Assembly (NCBI GenBank): GCA_963813025.1
Contig: CAWEXO010000013.1
Span: 640,001 to 704,000 of the forward strand
Direction: 5' to 3'
Origin: an uncultured Verrucomicrobiae bacterium
GTDB lineage: Bacteria > Verrucomicrobiota > Verrucomicrobiia > Chthoniobacterales > JAFAMB01
DNA length: 64,000 nucleotides
Under the pieces are notes generated by a model. That model was not told the origin of the DNA and made no database searches. It saw only the letters and a list, made by a program, of their open reading frames with translations. A program made the translations under genes and the position numbers. Below, piece after piece: positions 47,563-56,498 of this stretch. Within the stretch, counting starts at the first letter, position 1, and each line of letters opens with the position of its first letter.

Positions 47563-49158
47563 CTAGGCGAGCGCGAACAAAATCCCCGCCAGCGCCGCCA
47601 GAATGATCCCGTACACCAGCGTTGGGACAAAGGTCATTTTCAGAATAACGCCTTCCTGGTTTTTCAAACCCAGGACTGCGCACACCGCCACAATGTTGTG
47701 TACCGCAACCATGTTGCCGAGAGCTGCTCCCACTGTCTGGGCGGCCAGCATGGTCGTGGGCGACACACCGAGATCCTGGGCGATCCTTAGCTGAATGGGT
47801 CCAAAGGTCAGGTTCGAGATTGTGGCAGAACCTGAGAAAAAGCTTCCGAGCGCGCCAAGAAATCCGGCGAAATAGATCCACAAGTCCCCGGTTCCGACTG
47901 CCAGCGCATCACCAAGAATCCGGGTCGATGCTCGGTCACCACCAATCGAGAGCAACTGAACGAAAACGAGCGCTCCGAAAAGGGCGATCACCGGATTGCG
48001 CAGACGGGCGACGGTTTCTTTGGCGACTTCCCCGAAAACGCTTGGCGGGCAGCGATAAAGCAGAAGAGCCAGCGCGGCTGCCACAAAAAACGGCAGAATG
48101 GAGGGGACGTAGAGCAGCGCGTGTGACCAATTCAGGTCTTCGCCGAGAATTCCCCGCAATTGGAAGACAAGCGACGGACTGAGCAGGAATAAGCCGAGGT
48201 GACCAAATCGAACCGACACCCAGGCTGCCTCGGACGTCAGGAGCTGCCGCAATCCAAGAGCGGGGATCCGGCTCACCAGCAGAATTCCAACCGTAGCAAG
48301 CAGGGGAGTTAAAGCTCGCAGGACATCACTTGCACGTAAGGGGCCAGCTTCTGGAGTCTGCGGATTGCTGTCCTGTTTGGCCAGACCGATGCCCCGGCGC
48401 GCCAGAAAGATCGTCGTCAGCAAACCAATCATCCCGCCAGCTACCGATGGAAACTCGTAGCTGAAAGTCGCCACCGCAATCATCGGCAGAACGCTCGCCA
48501 AAACAGAGAGCTCAACGAAGAGCAGGTTGTGGCGAATCGTTTTCCAGTCGACAACAAAGCGCAGGCCAATGACTGGGATAACCAGTGCGGCAACGGAATG
48601 CAGGATTGCGCTCTTCAGGCCGACCTCAAGCAATTGCGATTCGGCTAATCCAAGAGAACCAAAACCGAACCAGGTCGGAGTGCCAACGGCGCCGAACGAA
48701 GTCGGGACCGTATTCATGGCGAGACACAGTACGGCGACGCGCAGCGGAGGAAACCCCAGCCCCACCAACACCGGGGCAGCCAAAGCAGCCGGGGTGCCGA
48801 ACCCGCTCGCCCCCTCGATCAGAAAGATAAACGACCAGCCGACAATCATTAGTTGCGCGACCGGATTGCGCGAAACGCCGTCGAGCCACTGGCTTAGTGT
48901 CTGCATGGCGCCTGAGCGCTCCAGCGCTACAAAGAAAAAAATCGCGCCAAACACGATTGAGATCGGCGTGAGCGCGCTCAGCAAACCGTTTATCACCGCC
49001 GCGTGGGCCAGGTTCAGGCTCGTTCGAAAAAACCAGATCCGGATGCCGTAAGTCAGCAGCGCCGCGAGGGTAAAAGCGATGGTTGACGGCAGCGGATTCT
49101 TCTTGGTCATCACGAAGATGAGAAAGGCGATTGGCAACGCTGCGAGAACGATATCCAT
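47563..49158 (-). CDS. lctP: L-lactate permease family transporter
   Basis: FLIEGASGFGTPAA, PTSFGAVGTP.W.G, GSFFSGSATISNL.F, GAALGNM....NI. Confidence 0.92.
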   Translation of the reverse strand: MDIVLAALPIAFLIFVMTKKNPLPSTIAFTLAALLTYGIRIWFFRTSLNLAHAAVINGLLSALTPISIVFGAIFFFVALERSGAMQTLSQWLDGVSRNPVAQLMIVGWSFIFLIEGASGFGTPAALAAPVLVGLGFPPLRVAVLCLAMNTVPTSFGAVGTPTWFGFGSLGLAESQLLEVGLKSAILHSVAALVIPVIGLRFVVDWKTIRHNLLFVELSVLASVLPMIAVATFSYEFPSVAGGMIGLLTTIFLARRGIGLAKQDSNPQTPEAGPLRASDVLRALTPLLATVGILLVSRIPALGLRQLLTSEAAWVSVRFGHLGLFLLSPSLVFQLRGILGEDLNWSHALLYVPSILPFFVAAALALLLYRCPPSVFGEVAKETVARLRNPVIALFGALVFVQLLSIGGDRASTRILGDALAVGTGDLWIYFAGFLGALGSFFSGSATISNLTFGPIQLRIAQDLGVSPTTMLAAQTVGAALGNMVAVHNIVAVCAVLGLKNQEGVILKMTFVPTLVYGIILAALAGILFALA

Positions 49159-49464
49159 TAGTTCGCCGGAATTCTGTTGCCCGGACAACAGAGCGGTTCC
49201 TCTTCGTAACAAACGGCCATCGAAGACCATTCCTTACCCGCCAAACCTGTTTGCCCGCAAGCAAACTTGCTTTCGGGAACTATTTTTCTTTTCTCCAGAC
49301 TTGGCTGTTCAGCACAAGGCCGCGATTCCTTGCTGGACACGGATCGAGTCTGCCAATCGAGATTGCTTTGATCGCGTCATTCAATAAATAGAAGACCAGC
49401 GGTGATTAAACCGCTGAGGTTGGTCGGAACAGGTGAAAGGTATGCCGGAAAGGGTGGAAAGATC

Positions 49465-52230
49465 ATGAGCCAAACGTCGAGTAGTTCAGTCAACCCGAAT
49501 ACTCTTACGACCGTCAGCGGCCCATACGCGTTGTCAGCCGATGACGTGCTGAACCAAATGCAAAGTCAACGCAACGGTCTGTCTGCGGACGAGGCCGCCA
49601 TTCGACTGAAAGCCGTCGGCCCCAACCGGCTCCCGGCTCCGCCGAAAGAAGGGCTGTTGAAGCGGTTTTTTAAACACTTCAACGATATCTTGATTTACAT
49701 CCTCCTTGCCGCCGGCGTGGCAAAAGCGGTTCTCGGGCATTGGGTTGACGCCTGGGTAATCCTGGTGGTGGCGGTAATCAACGCCACGATTGGCTTCCTT
49801 CAGGAAGGTAAGGCTGAGCAAGCCCTCGAAGGCATCCGAAAGATGCTCTCCCTGCGTGCCCACACCCGGCGCGAGGCACAGTGGGAGGAGCTAGATGCAG
49901 AAGCCCTAGTACCTGGCGACATCGTGCGCCTTCGCTCCGGTGACCGTGTCCCCGCCGATGTTCGGCTTCTGGAGGCAGTCAACCTGCGAATCGAGGAATC
50001 TGCCCTGACGGGAGAGTCCGTGCCATCGGATAAGGGAGTACAGCTGGTGGAGGCTAACGCCGGAATCGGAGACCGGCGCTGCATGGCCTACTCCGGGACC
50101 TTGGTCGCAGCCGGCACGGGCCTCGGGGTCGTGACCGCAACTGGAGCAGGAACGGAAATAGGCCGGATCAGCCGAATGATGGCGGAGGTGGAAAGCCTGG
50201 CGACGCCGCTTACCAAACAGATGGCCGCCTTCGGCAAGGTTTTGTCTTTCGCGATCCTCGGAATGGCCATTGTAATGTTTTTGATTGGCTGGCTACTCCA
50301 CGGTTTCGGCATCGACGAGCTTTTTTCCGCGGCTATAGGTTTCGCAGTCGCCGCCATACCCGAAGGTTTGCCGGCGATCATGACGATTACCCTGGCGATC
50401 GGCGTGCAGCGGATGGTGCAGCGCAACGCGATCACGCGCAAGCTGACGGCCGTGGAAACCTTGGGCTCGGTGACGGTCGTTTGCTCGGATAAAACCGGCA
50501 CGCTCACGCGCAATGAAATGACGGTTCGCCATCTGGTTACCAGTGTCGGGCAAGCCGACGTCGAGGGTATCGGTTACGCACCCAAGGGCCGAGTCACGCG
50601 AGAAGGACAGGAGGCTTCTCTGGCAATAAGTCCGGATCTGCAAGCCTTGGTCGAGATCATGGCTGTTTGCAACGATTCAGAAATCGCTGAGGAGGACGGC
50701 CAATGGAAGGTGGTCGGGGAACCTACCGAAGGGGCGCTCCGTACCCTCGGTCAAAAGGCCAACTTTGACCGAGAGGGCTATCAACGGCTGGCCGTGGTAC
50801 CTTTCGATTCGGAAAACAAGTTCATGGCGACGCTCGATCGCGTGCCAGGAGATGGAGTGCGCGTTTTGCTCAAGGGAGCGCCTGATCGGTTGCTCAACCG
50901 CTGCTCGCAGCAGCGCGCTGCGAACGGCGACCTGGAACCGATCGACCGGGCTTTCTGGGAGAAGCAGATCGACGCCCTGGGTGGTCAGGGCCTCCGCGTT
51001 CTGGCCGCCGCCAGTCGTCAGGCTAACGAGGGCACGAGTAGCCTGACACTGACGGACCTCGATAAGGGCATGGTATTTGTCGGGCTGGTCGGTATCGTCG
51101 ATCCTCCGCGTCCGGAGGCTATCGAAGCCATCGCGGCCTGTCGGCAAGCTGGTATCCGGGTCAAGATGATCACCGGAGATCACGCCGGCACCGCTACCGC
51201 CATCGGGCGCGAGATGGGGATTACTGAAAATCCTAAAGCGATCACTGGCGCCGAACTCGAAGCCGCCTCCGACGAGGACCTGCAACGAATCGCCCACGAC
51301 AGTGACATCTTCGCTCGCACCAGTCCGGAACATAAATTGCGCCTGGTACAGGCTTTACAGGCCAATAATGAAGTTGTGGCCATGACCGGGGACGGCGTCA
51401 ATGATGCGCCTGCGCTGAAGCGCGCCGACGTCGGCGTGGCGATGGGGATCAAAGGTACGGAGGCAACCAAAGAGGCTGCCGAGATCGTGCTGGCCGACGA
51501 CAACTTCGCTTCGATCGAGCGCGCCGTAGAAGAAGGGCGCACCATCTATGACAATCTCCAGAAGGCGATTCTTTTCATCCTGCCGACCAATGGCGCGCAA
51601 GCGCTCGTGATCCTCGTAGCAGTGCTTCTGGGGCTGGATCTGCCGCTCTCGCCAGTGCAGATCCTGTGGGTCAACATGGTCACTGCGGTAACCCTGTCCC
51701 TGGCGTTAGCCTATGAACCTGCCGAACCGGGGTTGATGCGCCGTCCACCGCGCCGTCCGGGAGCGCCAATTCTGGGTGAACATGCGCTTTGGCGAATTGC
51801 CTTCGTCTCGGTGCTGATCGGCGGCGCGACCATCGCGGTCTTTCTTTACGAAGAGCATCGGGGATATTCGATTGAGATGGCGCAAACGATGGCGGTGAAC
51901 ATGCTCGCGCTCGGGCAGGTGTTTTATCTGTTCAATAGCCGCTTTCTGAGAGAATCAAGCTTGCGGTTGGATTTGCTGTTTACTAATCGCGTGGTTTGGA
52001 TCGCCATCGGCATCCTGGCTGTTCTGCAACTGTTGTTCGTGTATGTGCCTTTCCTGAATGTGTGGTTCCACTCAGCGCCGATTACGGCGAGTGACTGGCT
52101 GTTGCCGATTGTCATCGGCTTCGTCATTTTCCTGTTGGTCGAGGCCGAAAAGGCGCTACTGCGGAAAATGAAACCCTTGACCGCTACGACAGGGCAAAAC
52201 GTACAGAATCCCGCACCAAAAACTGCCTGA
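49465..52230 (+). CDS. Type II cation-transporting P-type ATPase
   Basis: LTGES, IPEGLP, CSDKTGTLT, KGAP, MITGD, TGDGVNDAPALK, QILWVN. Confidence 0.96.
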   Translation: MSQTSSSSVNPNTLTTVSGPYALSADDVLNQMQSQRNGLSADEAAIRLKAVGPNRLPAPPKEGLLKRFFKHFNDILIYILLAAGVAKAVLGHWVDAWVILVVAVINATIGFLQEGKAEQALEGIRKMLSLRAHTRREAQWEELDAEALVPGDIVRLRSGDRVPADVRLLEAVNLRIEESALTGESVPSDKGVQLVEANAGIGDRRCMAYSGTLVAAGTGLGVVTATGAGTEIGRISRMMAEVESLATPLTKQMAAFGKVLSFAILGMAIVMFLIGWLLHGFGIDELFSAAIGFAVAAIPEGLPAIMTITLAIGVQRMVQRNAITRKLTAVETLGSVTVVCSDKTGTLTRNEMTVRHLVTSVGQADVEGIGYAPKGRVTREGQEASLAISPDLQALVEIMAVCNDSEIAEEDGQWKVVGEPTEGALRTLGQKANFDREGYQRLAVVPFDSENKFMATLDRVPGDGVRVLLKGAPDRLLNRCSQQRAANGDLEPIDRAFWEKQIDALGGQGLRVLAAASRQANEGTSSLTLTDLDKGMVFVGLVGIVDPPRPEAIEAIAACRQAGIRVKMITGDHAGTATAIGREMGITENPKAITGAELEAASDEDLQRIAHDSDIFARTSPEHKLRLVQALQANNEVVAMTGDGVNDAPALKRADVGVAMGIKGTEATKEAAEIVLADDNFASIERAVEEGRTIYDNLQKAILFILPTNGAQALVILVAVLLGLDLPLSPVQILWVNMVTAVTLSLALAYEPAEPGLMRRPPRRPGAPILGEHALWRIAFVSVLIGGATIAVFLYEEHRGYSIEMAQTMAVNMLALGQVFYLFNSRFLRESSLRLDLLFTNRVVWIAIGILAVLQLLFVYVPFLNVWFHSAPITASDWLLPIVIGFVIFLLVEAEKALLRKMKPLTATTGQNVQNPAPKTA

Positions 52231-52353
52231 TTTGGAGGCCGTACGTGCTGCGTAGCGCGGACGGCCTCGGGCGTGTCGGACGTGGAAGTCTGTAACACGC
52301 CATCAAGCGATTGGTCGCGCGAACCGCTAGAGATCGTCTCAGAATGCCGCACT

Positions 52354-52498
52354 GTCCTGTGGCGGTAGGGCGAAAATTTATTCGAGCGCCAGGCGAGAAC
52401 TTGTTTGAGCCATCTGGAGCGGGTGGCTCACCCAAGCGCCTGGCTCAAACAAGTTCTCGCTAAGGCTCGAATAAATTTTCGCCCTACCGCTACAGGAC
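52354..52498. repeat. 145-bp long inverted repeat (REP-doublet/MITE-like)
   Basis: Arms 52354-52412 and 52441-52498 are near-perfect reverse complements around a 28-nt loop; contains GTAGGGCG...CGCCCTAC. Confidence 0.9.
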
Positions 52499-52719
52499 CA
52501 AAGACGCCTTGGGACATGCGTCGAACCTCTCTTCCGAACCATAGCTCGATTGCGCGCTACAGATTGCCCAAAGTCCGACAGAGCCGGCCTCGTCCGTAAC
52601 CCTGGTGGAGACGCCTGGCGCAGTGCGATGATCACTCGCCCCTTCGAGGTTCTCTTTCTGGTGAAAATGACGTCGGCACCGTGCGTTTGATAGCCTGGAA
52701 GACTATCCTACGAGCCGTC

Positions 52720-54141
52720 TCAAGACCTGGTCTGGTCAAAAACCATGAGCTCCAGGCGTTGATTGGCTTCCGGATTTTGAGACGAGGGCCCAACAATGAG
52801 CATGACCTGTTTGCAAGGTAGCCCTAGCTCAGAGAGAAGATGCCAGGCATAACTCCGCCAATCAGTCGGTTCCTCTTTTAGATCTGCTGGATACACTCCA
52901 TAAGAAAACGCCAAATCTTGCATAACAGCAGGCTCGGGACCCACTGCGGCAACCCAGACCGGCGCTCTCCACCGCGCTACCGCCCGCGCGGTTCTTCCCT
53001 CGCGGGTCGGTACCAAAACCGCGTCGCAAGGAACCATTTCCAGAGCGCGCTCGACCAACATGGCCCTCGGGTTGGAAAGAATATCCGTGGCGTCCTTCCG
53101 CATCGTCAGGGGCATCCGGGTGCCGTGGATTTCCGTGAAGGCGGCGATCTTCGCCAACATCGTGACTGCTTCCTCGGGAAACTTGCCGGTCGCCGATTCG
53201 CCGGAAAGCATGACACAATCGGTGCCATCCAGAATGGCATTGGCCACGTCGGTGGCTTCTGCTCGGGTCGGGAGCCGACTTGTGGTCATCGATTCCAGCA
53301 TCTGCGTGGCAGTAATGACCGGTTTGCCGGCCAGGTTCGCCTTGGCAATGAGCCGCTTTTGCAGAACCGCCATTTCCTCAATCGGCACCTCCACGCCGAG
53401 GTCACCGCGCGCGATCATGATGCCATCCGCGGCTGCCAAAATTTCATCAAAACGCTCGATAGCCTCATGGCGCTCGATCTTCGCGATAAGAAAGGGGTTT
53501 TTGCCAAAGGCGCTAGCGGCGCTCCGCACCGCCGCGATGTCGGCACTACTTTCCACGAACGACTGACTGATGGCATCAACACCGTGCGCGAGCGCGAATT
53601 CGAGGCATTTGCGGTCGTGCTCGGTAAAGGCGGAGATGCCGAGATCGATGCGCGGAAGATTAAGGCCCTTGCGTGAGCGAAGTTCGCCGCCGACAGCCAC
53701 CGTGCAATGCACTTCCTTGCCTTCGGCCCGATCCACCAGAAGTTGCACCAATCCGTCGTTCAGAAACAGGCGATCACCGGGTTTCACGACGCGGGGCAGT
53801 GGCTCGAAACTCATGGAGACCCGTCGCTCGTTACCGGTAATGTTCTCGCTGGTGAGAATGAAAGTGTCGCCGACGTCGAGATGGATCGGGTCAGGATCAA
53901 TCGTTCCCAATCGCATTTTGGGTCCGGGAAGATCAGCCATGATCGTGACCCGCCGGCCGCAGGCCTGCGAAGCGGCCCGGATCCGGGTGATGAGATTCGC
54001 GTGTTGATCGAAACTGCCGTGCGAGAAGTTGAGCCGTGCGATATTCAGGCCGGCTCGGATAAGGCGTTCCAGCATTGCCGGCGAGTCTGACGCCGGACCG
54101 ATCGTAGCAACGATTTTGGTTTTATGGTCGGATAATTTCAT
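52720..54141 (-). CDS. pyk: Pyruvate kinase
   Basis: TKIVATIGPAS, ARLNFSHG, DLPGPK.R, AKIE, MIARGDLGVE, ATQMLESM, PTRAEATDVANA, MLSGESA.G. Confidence 0.97.
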   Translation of the reverse strand: MKLSDHKTKIVATIGPASDSPAMLERLIRAGLNIARLNFSHGSFDQHANLITRIRAASQACGRRVTIMADLPGPKMRLGTIDPDPIHLDVGDTFILTSENITGNERRVSMSFEPLPRVVKPGDRLFLNDGLVQLLVDRAEGKEVHCTVAVGGELRSRKGLNLPRIDLGISAFTEHDRKCLEFALAHGVDAISQSFVESSADIAAVRSAASAFGKNPFLIAKIERHEAIERFDEILAAADGIMIARGDLGVEVPIEEMAVLQKRLIAKANLAGKPVITATQMLESMTTSRLPTRAEATDVANAILDGTDCVMLSGESATGKFPEEAVTMLAKIAAFTEIHGTRMPLTMRKDATDILSNPRAMLVERALEMVPCDAVLVPTREGRTARAVARWRAPVWVAAVGPEPAVMQDLAFSYGVYPADLKEEPTDWRSYAWHLLSELGLPCKQVMLIVGPSSQNPEANQRLELMVFDQTRS

Positions 54142-54217
54142 AGTCGCTCGTGCCCGGATTTGGTAGTAAGACATGCTCAGCCGAGCGGCCAGCAAAATCC
54201 GACTGAGGAGAAAACGG

Positions 54218-54709
54218 TTAGCCGTACCGCTCTTGCGGTGGTCGGACACGCTGAGACGCCGATTCGCGATGCCCGGTAGCTCGTACGAGTTCGCCAACTC
54301 GTCCAAGTCCGAAAGAAGGCATATTGTGATAAATGCTCTCGTACTGTCCTTCCGCGATCAGGTAGGTTTCATGCCAGATGCCCACATCGCCGCTGTCACC
54401 GATATTCTGGCGGAAGCGGGTCCAGGCAGGCAAATGGGCTAGATCAGACTGTTTCGCATATCCGGTGAGAGCCTCAAAGGATCGCCAGTATTGAAGAAGC
54501 AAGATGGTTCTTCCGAACCACACGTGGCCGCCCATAAATCCGAGATCGGGCTGGCGCCGAAGTTCGACCAACATCTTTGGCATGGCCAGGAACACCGGCA
54601 ACCACTTGTGCAGGTTCCATGCGCGATTGATGCGCATACCGATGAGAAAGACGCAAAAAGACTTCTCCATCCGGGCTGTCATGCGTTCAGGTATAACCAT
54701 GGTGATCAT
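54218..54709 (-). CDS. DUF4188 family protein
   Basis: VFLIGMRIN, MPKML.EL, QYWRSFEAL..YA, H.PAW, VGIWHETY, YESIY.NMP.FGL. Confidence 0.88.
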   Translation of the reverse strand: MITMVIPERMTARMEKSFCVFLIGMRINRAWNLHKWLPVFLAMPKMLVELRRQPDLGFMGGHVWFGRTILLLQYWRSFEALTGYAKQSDLAHLPAWTRFRQNIGDSGDVGIWHETYLIAEGQYESIYHNMPSFGLGRVGELVRATGHRESASQRVRPPQERYG

Positions 54710-54762
54710 TGTCTCCTTGAAATTAATTCTTCGATTTGCGGGCCAAAACCCCTCATCGCGCT

Positions 54763-54814
54763 ATGTGGACATTGGCAACATTAAATTGAACAAGGATGTT
54801 GTTGGTGTCAACAT
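54763..54814. promoter_or_regulatory. Two 19-bp palindromic sites, likely TetR operators
   Basis: ATGTGGAC-ATT-GGCAACAT (54763-54781) and ATGTTGTT-GGT-GTCAACAT (54796-54814) in the divergent promoter region. Confidence 0.7.
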
Positions 54815-54835
54815 CTTTGGTTACGCTGACCAACA

Positions 54836-55531
54836 ATGTCCCCGAAGCGCTCCTATCATCATGGAAATCTCCGACAAGCCTTGCTGCACGCCGGTGTGGC
54901 GCTGATTCAGGAGGTTGGACCTCAGAACTTTACAATCCGAGAGGTGGCTCGCCGGGCTGGAGTTTCCCACAACGCGCCGTACCGTCACTTTCGAGATAAG
55001 GAGAAGTTGCTCGAAGCGATCGCCGTCGAAGGCTTTGAGCGGCTCACCGCCGCGATGAAGGAGCGGGCGGCTCCAGGCCGGACGGCGGCCGAACGTTTGG
55101 CGCTGTGCGGCTGCGGTTATGTCGACTTTGCCTTGCACTGGCCACAGCACTTCCTGGTCATGTTTGATCTGCCTGCCCGCGCTCTGACCAAGGACGAGCC
55201 GGCCGGCAAAAATGCCTTTCAAACCCTCCTCACGTTTATCGTCGAATCGCAGAAAGAGGCTGCCTTGCCCGCTGGAGATCCGCATCGCCTGGCACTAATG
55301 GCGTGGTCAGTGGTGCATGGTATCGCAAAGCTGGCGATCACCGGAAATCTGCCCTACACCCCAAAAGGGGTACTTGATTTCACGCAATGCGCTTCCGAGG
55401 CTTTCGTGATCGGGATGGCCAATTTGCAACGGACCCGGCGCGTTCACTCGCCCGCAATGAAGAGAAAGAAGGACAGGTCAAACAGCCGAAGCCTCATTCG
55501 GAGATCGGAAGCGAGAGATACCGCGCTATGA
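54836..55531 (+). CDS. TetR/AcrR family transcriptional regulator
   Basis: YHHGNLRQALL, TIREVARRAGVSHNAPYRHF.DK, WS.VHG. Confidence 0.93.
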   Translation: MSPKRSYHHGNLRQALLHAGVALIQEVGPQNFTIREVARRAGVSHNAPYRHFRDKEKLLEAIAVEGFERLTAAMKERAAPGRTAAERLALCGCGYVDFALHWPQHFLVMFDLPARALTKDEPAGKNAFQTLLTFIVESQKEAALPAGDPHRLALMAWSVVHGIAKLAITGNLPYTPKGVLDFTQCASEAFVIGMANLQRTRRVHSPAMKRKKDRSNSRSLIRRSEARDTAL

Positions 55532-55608
55532 GCTTGAAATGAGGCACCCTCGCCGATATGTAAAGCTGCAGCCGGTCCCCGCCTGCCCGAGAGTACAGGG
55601 TTTCCGTC

Positions 55609-56421
55609 ATGTCTTACGCGAATGCGTCAATGAAACAACGCTCGTTTGGCGAAACGATGCGGCGTGGCGCATGGTGGGCGCAACCGCTGTGCGTATTTCT
55701 GGGGCTGTCGATGTTTCTCGTATATTCAACCTGGGCTGCATTTCAGGGAACCCATTATTGGCTCGAACAAAATGGCGCCCACTATCTTTCGCCATTGTAT
55801 TCGCCCGAAATTTTCGGCGTTTCGCCGCACGCGATTTTTGGACCGAAACCCGCCTGGTGGCCATTATCGCTGCTATTTTCTCCAGCCCTTTTGGTTCTGT
55901 GGGCGCCCGCCGGTTTCCGGCTCACCTGTTATTACTACCGCGGCGCTTATTACAAAGCGTTTTGGGCGGACCCGCCCGCCTGTGCGGTGGGTGAGCCGCG
56001 AAAGGGATATCTCGGTGAAAATTCTTTTCCGCTCATCATGCAAAACATTCACCGCTACTTCCTTTACCTCGCGCTGCTGTTCATTCTCATTCTCGCGCAC
56101 GATGCGTGGAAAGCGATGTGGTTTACGGACGCATCTGGTTCGAATCATTTCGGCATCGGCGTCGGAACAATCGTGCTCACGTTGAACGTAATCTTGTTGG
56201 GCGGCTACACGTTCGGCTGTCATTCGCTGCGCCATTTGATCGGCGGTTTCCTGGATGAAGTTTCCAAAGCTGCGGTTTGCGCCAGAGGTTACGCCTGCGT
56301 GAGCTGCTTGAATCGCCGCCATATGCTGTGGGCGTGGATGAGTTTGTTTTGGGTCGGTTTCACCGATCTTTATGTACGTCTCTGCGCGATGGGCGTCTGG
56401 CATGATTGGAGGATTATCTAA
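55609..56421 (+). CDS. Succinate dehydrogenase membrane anchor, mycobacterial Sdh1 (Rv0249c)-like
   Basis: YLSP.YSP, FRLTCYYYR.AYY..FW.DPPACAV.EP, QN.HRYF, YT.GCHS.RH; directly upstream of sdhA/sdhB. Confidence 0.85.
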   Translation: MSYANASMKQRSFGETMRRGAWWAQPLCVFLGLSMFLVYSTWAAFQGTHYWLEQNGAHYLSPLYSPEIFGVSPHAIFGPKPAWWPLSLLFSPALLVLWAPAGFRLTCYYYRGAYYKAFWADPPACAVGEPRKGYLGENSFPLIMQNIHRYFLYLALLFILILAHDAWKAMWFTDASGSNHFGIGVGTIVLTLNVILLGGYTFGCHSLRHLIGGFLDEVSKAAVCARGYACVSCLNRRHMLWAWMSLFWVGFTDLYVRLCAMGVWHDWRII

Positions 56422-56498
56422 GCGTTTGAATCGTTGACATTCGTTACACTGCTCCTGGCGCTCCCATGTTCTAACCGTTCAATGTTTCGGCGAATCAA

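Noticed and set aside
49360..49390. FNR/Crp box upstream of lctP and the P-type ATPase
   Set aside because: TTGATCGCGTCAT has the wrong spacing for TTGAT-N4-ATCAA; too weak to call.
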